A stretch of DNA of 41,995 nt from positions 1 through 41,995 of IMG/VR virus record IMGVR_UViG_3300035396_000040, one strand, 5' to 3'. Positions 1-7,167 of the stretch are shown here, piece after piece. The translations under genes were made by a program, and so were the position numbers. Source of the DNA: a virus (taxonomy: Duplodnaviria > Caudoviricetes). Numbering within the stretch: the first letter of the stretch is position 1; each line of letters opens with the position of its first letter. The notes below the pieces were generated by a model. It was not told where the DNA came from. It was given only the letters and a program-made list of their open reading frames with translations, and made no database searches.

Positions 1-48
1 ATCACGTTGCTATAGTTCATACATCAACAACGAACTAAGGAAATAATC

Positions 49-264
49 ATGTATAACATCATTGACAGGCAGACAGGTAAGACAGTAAGAACGGCTAACA
101 CTTTAAAAACAGCATCAGCAATAGTTAATAGACTTGACCTTGAATATGGTGCAGTACGTTACACTTATAAGCGTGTTCATACTGTTGAAGAAGTGCTTAC
201 ATGGTTCAATGAAGGTAAGCTGACAGAATCTGAATATAGAAACATGATGACTACCGCTCGTTAA
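49..264 (+). CDS. small early hypothetical protein (71 aa)
   Basis: SD AAGGA before ATG; preceded by extended -10-like TGCTATAGT near the window start. Confidence 0.75.
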   Translation: MYNIIDRQTGKTVRTANTLKTASAIVNRLDLEYGAVRYTYKRVHTVEEVLTWFNEGKLTESEYRNMMTTAR

Positions 265-282
265 TATCTTTACCCTAAGCAC

Positions 283-311
283 TTGACAAGGTGCTTACAA
301 TAAAGTATATT
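283..311 (+). promoter_or_regulatory. sigma70 early promoter P1
   Basis: TTGACA (283-288) - 17 nt - TATATT (306-311). Confidence 0.7.
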
Positions 312-383
312 ACATACATGCACTCGATGAACCAGTAATAAGCCTTCAGGCTTCAGTCACATAACGATGCATGTAGAAATAGA

Positions 384-412
384 TTGACAAGCTTCACAGA
401 TGTATGTAGTAT
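384..412 (+). promoter_or_regulatory. sigma70 early promoter P2
   Basis: TTGACA (384-389) - 17 nt - TAGTAT (407-412). Confidence 0.8.
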
Positions 413-418
413 GTAGTC

Positions 419-1010
419 TAGCAGTACGGGAGACAAGCAATTAGCTTGTTGTTGTTCCCTTCTTTGAAAATTTACGGAATATCTAGATTGTTCGCATGTT
501 AGTAGTTCTGGCATGTGGCAAGCTTCATTAAATAGTATAAAGGCTTAACAAGCTCGATGTATAAACACGCTTAGTGCATGGACTGTGCGTTAGTAATCAT
601 CCCCTTGTTATGTCTGGCAGGATTCGGCTGTCTAATACATTTTCTCGCTACATGAAAGAATGAACACCGTCTTAAATGACAATGATTGTTCAATTGCCTG
701 ACATAAGGCTACAATTGTGTATAGATGTTCCCATCTTTAAAAATTCCCGTATGTACCCTTTGTTCCTTATTAGTTTGGTCTGAGACTATAGTAGTTCAGC
801 CATGCCGAAAGCCGCTATCATGAATTTCCTTACGAACAGTTCAAAGGTTTATCAAGTATCTAAATAAGATGCTCGAGCATACGGGATTCGCTTTAACTAT
901 CCGGCGGAATAAATAGGATACTTCGTAACGAGTAACTCGTTAAATTGTTGTTAATGCGTATTGGTAACAGTACGCATTCCCATGCAATTTTGCATGTTTA
1001 TAATCGAAAG
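419..1010 (+). ncRNA. candidate large structured non-coding RNA / 5' leader with boxA-like sites
   Basis: No credible ORF between P2 and the SD of ORF 1019; long-range helices 476-485/722-731, 608-619/695-706, 745-753/878-886 and many local hairpins; boxA-like TCTTTRAAAATT at 461-472 and 734-745. Confidence 0.6.
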
Positions 1011-1018
1011 GAAACATC

Positions 1019-1603
1019 ATGGCGCACATTACACAAATCAATGAATCTATCGAAACGCTGCAGAATGCAGAAAAGGTTACAAAGGCAGTTCTTTCGGAAC
1101 TGTCACGCTCTATTCTTGAATACATCTGTGTTGATACGGATGATGGAAAAGCATCAGAAGATAGCCAAGTAGCAAATCGGCTTATTGATGTTCTCACGCC
1201 AGTCAATAAGAAAGTGGCAGTAGAATTCTTTGTAAAGATGCTTCCTTTCCATGTTCTTCGTACTGAAGAAGGGGAATTCCAAGCCTTTGCGAAGAAGGAT
1301 AAGAAGCAATGGGAATCCAAGGTAGATAAGATTGTGGAATTCTTGTCTGATCCACATCAGAATATTTGGACGTGGGCAGAGCGTAATATTGAATTGGTGT
1401 CTAAGCCAATGGATTTTGCAAAGCTTAATCAAGCAATGGGACAATTGATTAAGAAGGCAACAAAGGCTAAGCTTGGGCATGATCATATCGTTCAAGCCAT
1501 GCTTGCTAATGGAATTAGCATGGAAGATATGATGGTAGTCATTAAGGCAGCCATTGTTGAACAGCCAAAGCCTGAAGAACAGGAACAACTGAAGGCAGCA
1601 TAA
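1019..1603 (+). CDS. early hypothetical protein (194 aa, predicted helical)
   Basis: SD AAGGA; protein-like composition; flanked by RNase III-like hairpins. Confidence 0.9.
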   Translation: MAHITQINESIETLQNAEKVTKAVLSELSRSILEYICVDTDDGKASEDSQVANRLIDVLTPVNKKVAVEFFVKMLPFHVLRTEEGEFQAFAKKDKKQWESKVDKIVEFLSDPHQNIWTWAERNIELVSKPMDFAKLNQAMGQLIKKATKAKLGHDHIVQAMLANGISMEDMMVVIKAAIVEQPKPEEQEQLKAA

Positions 1604-1681
1604 TTAAATTGTATTATCGAATGGCTTGGGAACAGGCCATTCTATTAATATAGTTTTCTTTTATCAACCAAGGGGAATAAT

Positions 1682-1798
1682 ATGTCAGAGTCTCTTTATA
1701 AAATCATTAGTGAATTGTTCCACAATCATCATGATATATTTGTAAAACTGCCGAATGATATTATTGATGCGTATTATTCACGTCTCTTACAAAAATAA
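1682..1798 (+). CDS. small hypothetical protein (38 aa, MSESLYKIISELF...)
   Basis: Read from sequence; SD AAGGGG upstream; below ORF-track cutoff. Confidence 0.6.
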   Translation: MSESLYKIISELFHNHHDIFVKLPNDIIDAYYSRLLQK

Positions 1799-1806
1799 TT
1801 ATTATT

Positions 1807-1891
1807 GCGGGTATGGTGAAATTGGGAAACACAAGATGCTTAAGACTTCTCGCCTATTGGCTTGTCGGTTCGAGTCCGACTACCCGCACCA
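1807..1891 (+). tRNA. tRNA-Leu(UAA)
   Basis: Acceptor stem GCGGGTA/TACCCGC, discriminator A, encoded CCA; anticodon loop CTTAAGA; long variable arm; T arm GTCGG-TTCGAGT-CCGAC. Confidence 0.95.
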
Positions 1892-1920
1892 TTCTTTCTT
1901 TCATAACACAAGGAACTGAT

Positions 1921-2076
1921 ATGACACAGCATAAACTTGCCTTTAAACTCAATGAGGATATTACCCTTGAAGATGGAACTATCTATGAGCGTGATGATAT
2001 TCTTTCTTTTGAAACTCTTCTTGTAGTGATGGAAGAATGTAAAGAAATATCAGCGGATATTCTAACACTATTTTAA
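1921..2076 (+). CDS. small acidic hypothetical protein (51 aa, MTQHKLAF...)
   Basis: SD AAGGA before ATG 1921; the longer track ORF (1813) overlaps the tRNA. Confidence 0.7.
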   Translation: MTQHKLAFKLNEDITLEDGTIYERDDILSFETLLVVMEECKEISADILTLF

Positions 2077-2155
2077 TCCGTAGTATTACACTAAGATACA
2101 TTCTAACGAGTGTATCCAATGGGTAATATTGCCCGATATATTTGGAGCATATCAA

Positions 2156-2344
2156 ATGGAACATCCACGTCCTGATTACTTTGGAGTTGTCTACAATCCA
2201 TTGACCAATGAATTCGATGGTCGTCGTTCTTCTGCCTTTGCTAATGTACGTAAGGCTACAGGAAAAGAGGTGCTATCATGCCTTCCCACAAACGGATACA
2301 AGATGTTCAAGATTGAAACAATCGCTCATATCAAGGGGAATTGA
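2156..2344 (+). CDS. small hypothetical protein (62 aa, MEHPRPDY...)
   Basis: SD GGAG before ATG 2156, just after hairpin 2080-2132. Confidence 0.7.
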   Translation: MEHPRPDYFGVVYNPLTNEFDGRRSSAFANVRKATGKEVLSCLPTNGYKMFKIETIAHIKGN

Positions 2345-2345
2345 T

Positions 2346-2555
2346 ATGATGGTGTTCACTAGCGTAAAGAAGCTTTCCCCTGATTATGCTGTATCTGCCA
2401 CATTTGAGCATCAAGGTGTACAGTACGAGGAACGTTTCAATAAAATTGGAACATTCAAGGTGAAGCTTAGGAAAACCAAGGATGCATTTATTTGTGCAGT
2501 GGATTATACATGCATGAAAGTAATTCATCCTATCGATGTTAGGGACTACGTATGA
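2346..2555 (+). CDS. small hypothetical protein (69 aa, MMVFTSVK...)
   Basis: SD AAGGGG; abuts previous stop. Confidence 0.7.
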   Translation: MMVFTSVKKLSPDYAVSATFEHQGVQYEERFNKIGTFKVKLRKTKDAFICAVDYTCMKVIHPIDVRDYV

Positions 2556-2650
2556 GCGAGAAACTAAAGGTGCTTCTCTTGGATCATCTCATCCTTGCTG
2601 CTTTTCTCTTTGTTCTTCTTATTGTTCCACAAATTATTGGGAGCTTGTAA
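2552..2650 (+). CDS. small single-pass membrane peptide (32 aa, MSEKLKVLLLDHLILAAFLFVLLIVPQIIGSL)
   Basis: ATGA overlap upstream and TAATG overlap downstream; one hydrophobic segment. Confidence 0.65.
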   Translation: MSEKLKVLLLDHLILAAFLFVLLIVPQIIGSL

Positions 2651-2799
2651 TGAACCAGAAACAGATTGATCGTAAAGTGGAAGAATTTCATCGAGAACAA
2701 ATTAAGCAATACTATTATAAAGTATTTATGGATGCATGTATGCATAAACAGTATTTACAATTCTTTAATCCTGCTTCCTTCTTTAAAGGGGTAAAATAA
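2650..2799 (+). CDS. small hypothetical protein (49 aa, MNQKQIDRK...)
   Basis: TAATG coupling; SD GGAG. Confidence 0.65.
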   Translation: MNQKQIDRKVEEFHREQIKQYYYKVFMDACMHKQYLQFFNPASFFKGVK

Positions 2800-2800
2800 T

Positions 2801-2992
2801 ATGCGTCTCAACAATGTATTCATGTGTAAATCGGGAGTAATTGGGATGCAATTCAATTATGGGAAGCAAGCTATCCTAAGCGTTTATCACGATGGCAAGG
2901 CTCTTCAAGTAAGTGAAGACCATCCCGAGGTATTCCAGACACAAGCCATCAAGATGTATTCATTCTTGCATAATCGCTATAAGAGGCGTTAA
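2801..2992 (+). CDS. small hypothetical protein (63 aa)
   Basis: SD AAGGGG; tight packing. Confidence 0.7.
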   Translation: MRLNNVFMCKSGVIGMQFNYGKQAILSVYHDGKALQVSEDHPEVFQTQAIKMYSFLHNRYKRR

Positions 2993-3022
2993 AAGCGTCT
3001 TACCTATACCATCCTATCAATT

Positions 3023-3050
3023 AGCCCCTAGAAATCGCTCTAGGGGCTTT
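3023..3050 (+). terminator. terminator-like hairpin with an alternative pairing partner
   Basis: AGCCCCTAGA-aatcgc-TCTAGGGGCT followed by a short T run; second TTCTAGGGGC at 3059-3068. Confidence 0.45.
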
Positions 3051-3072
3051 CCTGTGCGTTCTAGGGGCATTT

Positions 3073-3336
3073 ATGAAGGGATACAAATGGGAATATATCA
3101 CTTATCTTGGAATCAGGAAGATTTCAAAGAGATATTTTCCTAACAAGGAGGAGTTTGTTAAATCAATTTCTCCTTATGATGTGGCTATCGGGCCAGTGTT
3201 AACAACTGAGAAATTTATTCTAAGGATACAATCATGGAAGAAGCCTTTGCGAAATGGTGGGAAGAAAAGCGTATTCGTGTTCTATTTATGTTTGATCAGG
3301 AACTTGGGTATGAAATCTTTGAAGAAATCTGGTTGA
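3073..3336 (+). CDS. hypothetical protein (87 aa); 3' part overlaps ORF 3234
   Basis: ORF track; SD AGGGG; uncertain because of ~100-nt overlap. Confidence 0.4.
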   Translation: MKGYKWEYITYLGIRKISKRYFPNKEEFVKSISPYDVAIGPVLTTEKFILRIQSWKKPLRNGGKKSVFVFYLCLIRNLGMKSLKKSG

Positions 3337-3365
3337 AAGCTCACACATATGCAAAAGAAAATTAA
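3234..3365 (+). CDS. small hypothetical protein (43 aa, MEEAFAKWWEEKR...)
   Basis: Read from sequence; SD TAAGGA; overlaps start of next gene. Confidence 0.6.
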   Translation: MEEAFAKWWEEKRIRVLFMFDQELGYEIFEEIWLKAHTYAKEN

Positions 3366-4149
3366 GAAACCTACTCTTAGTGTTTGTCTAAATAAAGCTA
3401 TAGATGCTCGTCCTCAGGATGGAAGGCTTAATGGATGGGGAATTAGATTTAAAACAGGACAAGATGTTATTGTTCCTTATCATATTTGTTGTTCTGATCT
3501 TAGACAGAAGAATTATGGAATACCTATTACAGAATTCATCTTCTCTATCAAACATAGGAAAGGTACAGGAGATTGGTTCAATCATCCACGTTATAATGAA
3601 TTTCTTTATTTCATGTTAAACCATTCCTTCATTAGTGATGTATTCCTCACCAAAAATATCAGGGTGGCTAATAGGTATGGTGTAAAGATGAATATAAAAT
3701 ACGATAGTAACCAAGTTCTTGCAGGATTCTTTTTCCTTCGTTGTGCATGGGAATATAAATACTATCTAAACTCATTCTTTTGGTTAGTAGATAAGGGAAT
3801 AGATAAGAATCTAGCTCTATGTATGTGCCAATATATTGAGAAAGATGGGAATAAAATCACTCGTAAATACAGGACAGGGCATACACCTTTCTCTGATTTA
3901 TCTAAGCCTGATTTAATCAATATCCTTAAGACAGACAGTTGGAAAGTAACGAATAAAAAACCTGTATCTTCTGGACAATTTCATGAGTTTAGAGTGAATG
4001 CTCTTTTTTCTCCAAACTATTTTGAAGGCTCAATCCTATTTGATAATTTACAAAAGAAAACTATAGGAAAAGGATGGGATAGTTATTCCACCTATCTAGC
4101 TACCGATGTGCTTAATAAAATTAAGGAGATGCAAGAATGGCTAAAGTAA
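3349..4149 (+). CDS. hypothetical protein (266 aa) at the head of the amidoligase cluster
   Basis: Long ORF, translationally coupled to the next gene. Confidence 0.85.
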   Translation: MQKKIKKPTLSVCLNKAIDARPQDGRLNGWGIRFKTGQDVIVPYHICCSDLRQKNYGIPITEFIFSIKHRKGTGDWFNHPRYNEFLYFMLNHSFISDVFLTKNIRVANRYGVKMNIKYDSNQVLAGFFFLRCAWEYKYYLNSFFWLVDKGIDKNLALCMCQYIEKDGNKITRKYRTGHTPFSDLSKPDLINILKTDSWKVTNKKPVSSGQFHEFRVNALFSPNYFEGSILFDNLQKKTIGKGWDSYSTYLATDVLNKIKEMQEWLK

Positions 4150-4769
4150 AACGTGTACTCATTGTGTGTAGTTCTAGTGACTATTATGATATGTTTCTTG
4201 ACAAAGGGTACGAGATTGTAACAGATATTACCAAGGCTAATCTTGTATGCTTCACTGGTGGATCGGATGTATCCCCTTCTATGTATGGAGAAGAGAAACA
4301 TCCTAAAGCTTATAATGATATGGTGAGAGATACACAAGAAGCTAATGTGTATAAGGAATGTATCAGTAAGAATATACCAATGGTAGGCGTCTGTAGGGGC
4401 GGGCAATTTTTAAATGTGATGAATGGTGGCAAGATGTATCAGCATGTTACCAATCATACAGGTAATCATAATATGTATGATGTCCTTTCTTCTCAGACTC
4501 TCATGTGTTCTTCCACTCATCATCAGATGATGCGTCCTTCAGATGAAGGAACCATCCTTGCATTTGCTAAGATGGGAGGAGTGAGAGAACATATGATTGG
4601 ACAGTGTGTCCATGCTAATATCGCTCCTCAAGATAGTATTGACCCTGAAGTAGTGTTCTATAAGAAAACACAATCTCTATGTTTTCAACCCCATCCTGAA
4701 TTTATGTCACCTATTTATGACGGACTACGTGCATATTTCTTTAACCTATTGAATCATTGCTTCCAATAG
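4137..4769 (+). CDS. class I glutamine amidotransferase / peptidase C26-like
   Basis: FTGGSDV, GVCRGGQ (nucleophile Cys), STHHQ, FQPHPE (His-x-Glu). Confidence 0.9.
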   Translation: MAKVKRVLIVCSSSDYYDMFLDKGYEIVTDITKANLVCFTGGSDVSPSMYGEEKHPKAYNDMVRDTQEANVYKECISKNIPMVGVCRGGQFLNVMNGGKMYQHVTNHTGNHNMYDVLSSQTLMCSSTHHQMMRPSDEGTILAFAKMGGVREHMIGQCVHANIAPQDSIDPEVVFYKKTQSLCFQPHPEFMSPIYDGLRAYFFNLLNHCFQ

Positions 4770-4787
4770 AAGCAGGAGGATTATAAA

Positions 4788-6056
4788 ATCTGTGGATTAG
4801 TTGGATGTGCTGGCCTTATAATGGCTAAAGAGGAGAAGCTATTCAAACAGCTTCTTATCGTAGATTCCCTAAGAGGAGAAGATAGTACAGGTATTGCAGC
4901 AGTGTTCACTAATGAAGAAACTACTATTACTAAACAAGTAGGTGATCCTTTCCTTCTGCTTGAGAATAAGCAGACAACAGATATATTTAAGCGTGGTATT
5001 CGTGTCCTTATTGGGCATAATCGTTGGGCTACAACAGGAAAGATTACCCGTAAGAATGCACATCCTTTTGAGACCCCCAATCTAATTGGTGCCCATAATG
5101 GGACACTCTCCAATAAGTATGAGATACCGGGCCACATGCAATATGATGTAGACTCTGAAGCCTTGCTTAATGCTATGGATGAGATTGGTGTGAAGCAAGC
5201 TATCATGAAGGCACGAGGCGCATGGGCATTAACATGGTATAACAAAGAAGAGAAGAGTATTAACTTTCTACGTAACAAAGAGCGTCCTCTTTACTATACA
5301 TACTCTTTAGATCATAAGGTGGTGTTCTGGGCTTCTGAACTATGGATGCTCCAATCTATCTTAGGTCGAGAAGATTATAAACACACTGAAGTTTATATGG
5401 TGCAAGAAGATTTCCATTATAAATGGATTGTGGAAATGAAGCAGGAAGGTATTGGAAAACCTTATATGACTGAGGTGAAGGGAGCAGAGCCTCTCCCTAT
5501 CAAGGGAGGTTTAGCCGTTACGACTACAGTGACTACTACGACTAGACAAACTCCCCCAAAACACCAATCCGTAAATCAAAGAAATCTATTTACAGAGAAC
5601 TCATTAGACGCCTCTTACCTTGATTCTTTTGTGGATATTAAAATAGTCTCTGAAACTAAAGATGAGAGTGGTTGCCCTTATCTTGTATGTGTAGATCAGG
5701 ACTTCCCTAATAGAGATTTACGGATTTACTTCCACAATGAAGTAGTGAGCAATCTAATTGGTTCCTATGGTTCGATTAATATTGTAGGGGCTAGGAGAAC
5801 TAAGAGCACAGCCTTTATCCACTATAAGGCTGATCTAAGTTCTTTTATTAAGGATGTTACTACAGATAGTACCCCTTGTGATAAGGATGGTAATCTAATA
5901 TCAGAGGATGATTTAAGAGATTTTTATAAAGAGTGCTGTTGGTGTTCTAGCCCTATTGACCATAACAATCCTGATAATTATTATGTAAGTAAAGGAACAG
6001 GGGCAGTATGTGCTGATTGTGCAATTAATCCAGAAATTCAACAGTATTTAATGTAA
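4788..6056 (+). CDS. class II (Ntn) glutamine amidotransferase with C-terminal Zn-finger extension; probable ATC start
   Basis: (M)CGLVG read upstream of the track start 4821; RGEDSTG, GHNRWAT, NAHPF, HNGT, DSE motifs; SD AGGAGG 8 nt before ATC 4788. Confidence 0.9.
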   Translation: MCGLVGCAGLIMAKEEKLFKQLLIVDSLRGEDSTGIAAVFTNEETTITKQVGDPFLLLENKQTTDIFKRGIRVLIGHNRWATTGKITRKNAHPFETPNLIGAHNGTLSNKYEIPGHMQYDVDSEALLNAMDEIGVKQAIMKARGAWALTWYNKEEKSINFLRNKERPLYYTYSLDHKVVFWASELWMLQSILGREDYKHTEVYMVQEDFHYKWIVEMKQEGIGKPYMTEVKGAEPLPIKGGLAVTTTVTTTTRQTPPKHQSVNQRNLFTENSLDASYLDSFVDIKIVSETKDESGCPYLVCVDQDFPNRDLRIYFHNEVVSNLIGSYGSINIVGARRTKSTAFIHYKADLSSFIKDVTTDSTPCDKDGNLISEDDLRDFYKECCWCSSPIDHNNPDNYYVSKGTGAVCADCAINPEIQQYLM

Positions 6057-6066
6057 GGAGATTATA

Positions 6067-6201
6067 ATGAAATTCTTATGTTGGCTCGGATTACATTCTT
6101 GGGGATTTTGGTCTGATCCTATTCAAGTGAATTATTCCGAGCTTCTTCATCAAGAGTGTAGATGTATTCATTGTGGTAAAATTATTCATCGTGTGATTTA
6201 G
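6067..6201 (+). CDS. small Cys/His protein (44 aa, MKFLCWLGLHSW...CRCIHCG), DUF1660-like
   Basis: Read from sequence; SD AAGGAG; CxxGxH...CxxC pattern. Confidence 0.75.
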   Translation: MKFLCWLGLHSWGFWSDPIQVNYSELLHQECRCIHCGKIIHRVI

Positions 6202-6210
6202 GAGATGTAA

Positions 6211-6372
6211 ATGGAAACAGTTGCTAGTCTTATTGAAAGATTAAAGAAATATCCTCCTCTTACGCCAATTAAATTCTGGGCTTCTGAAACAGAAGTTTTA
6301 TTTGTCTGTGACATTTCTATGAACTATTCAAAAACAAAACCAATCCTTAATATTTCTATGGAGTATGAGTAA
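6211..6372 (+). CDS. small hypothetical protein (53 aa, METVASLIERLKKYPP...)
   Basis: Read from sequence; SD AGGAG; fills gap exactly. Confidence 0.7.
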   Translation: METVASLIERLKKYPPLTPIKFWASETEVLFVCDISMNYSKTKPILNISMEYE

Positions 6373-7167
6373 ATGAAAATCCTGCTGGGCTGTGATCCCG
6401 AGGTCTTTGTAAAGCGTGATGGTGTCTTTCATTCAGCACATAATCTTATCCCCGGTGATAAGAAGAATCCTTTTAAGGTAGATAAGGGTGCTGTTCAGAT
6501 TGATGGTATGGCTCTTGAGTTTAATATTGAGCCAGCAGAATCATGTGAAGAATTTGTTACTAACATCAGTACAGTATATAATATTCTCAAGAGCATGGTT
6601 CCTGAATATCAAGTGTTTGCTGTACCTGTAGCTGATTTCACTCCTGAGATTATGAAGGCACAACCAGCAGCAGCATTGGAACTGGGATGTGATCCTGATT
6701 TCAATGCTTGGACTCAAAGTGAGAATGTTAAGCCTAATGGTGATCGTCCTATGCGTACTGCTTCAGGACATATCCATGTAGGATGGACTGATGGACAAGA
6801 TAAGAATGATTCTCAACATCAGGCACGTTGTAATGCTGTTATTAAGCAGCTAGACTTCTACCTTGGACTACCTTCCTTGTTTGTTGATAAGGATGAACGT
6901 CGTCGCTCTATGTATGGTAAGGCTGGATGCTTGCGATATAAACCCTATGGTGTGGAGTATCGTACTCTGAGTAACTTCTGGTTGAATAGCAAGGAACTGA
7001 TGGCTTGGGTGTATAATAACACTATCCTTGGTATGAATTCTCTCTTTAATGGTAATATGCTTTATGAGAAATATGGGGATATTCAAGCTATCATCAATCA
7101 ATCGGACAGAGATGCTGCTCTCTCAATCATCAATACAGAGAGTATCCCTTTCCCTAAAGGTGTGTAA
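6373..7167 (+). CDS. phiEco32-like COOH-NH2 ligase type 2
   Basis: LGCDPEVF, DGMALEFN, GCDPDFNAW, RTASGHIHVG, RRSMYGKAG, YGVEYRTLSNFW. Confidence 0.9.
   Translation: MKILLGCDPEVFVKRDGVFHSAHNLIPGDKKNPFKVDKGAVQIDGMALEFNIEPAESCEEFVTNISTVYNILKSMVPEYQVFAVPVADFTPEIMKAQPAAALELGCDPDFNAWTQSENVKPNGDRPMRTASGHIHVGWTDGQDKNDSQHQARCNAVIKQLDFYLGLPSLFVDKDERRRSMYGKAGCLRYKPYGVEYRTLSNFWLNSKELMAWVYNNTILGMNSLFNGNMLYEKYGDIQAIINQSDRDAALSIINTESIPFPKGV

Noticed and set aside
62-90. TTGACA inside ORF 49
   Set aside because: No acceptable -10 at 16-18 nt
752-761. Third TGTACCCTTT match to the candidate late promoter
   Set aside because: No AGTATA at 17-nt spacing; lies within an RNA helix
775-820. CTGAGA...GCCGAAAG resembling a hammerhead core
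   Set aside because: No CUGANGA and the flanking stems do not fit the hammerhead topology
419-1010. CRISPR-like or direct-repeat array
   Set aside because: No regularly spaced identical repeats; only short boxA-like motifs recur
1813-1920. 5' part of track ORF 1813..2076
   Set aside because: Overlaps the tRNA-Leu; the SD-supported start is 1921
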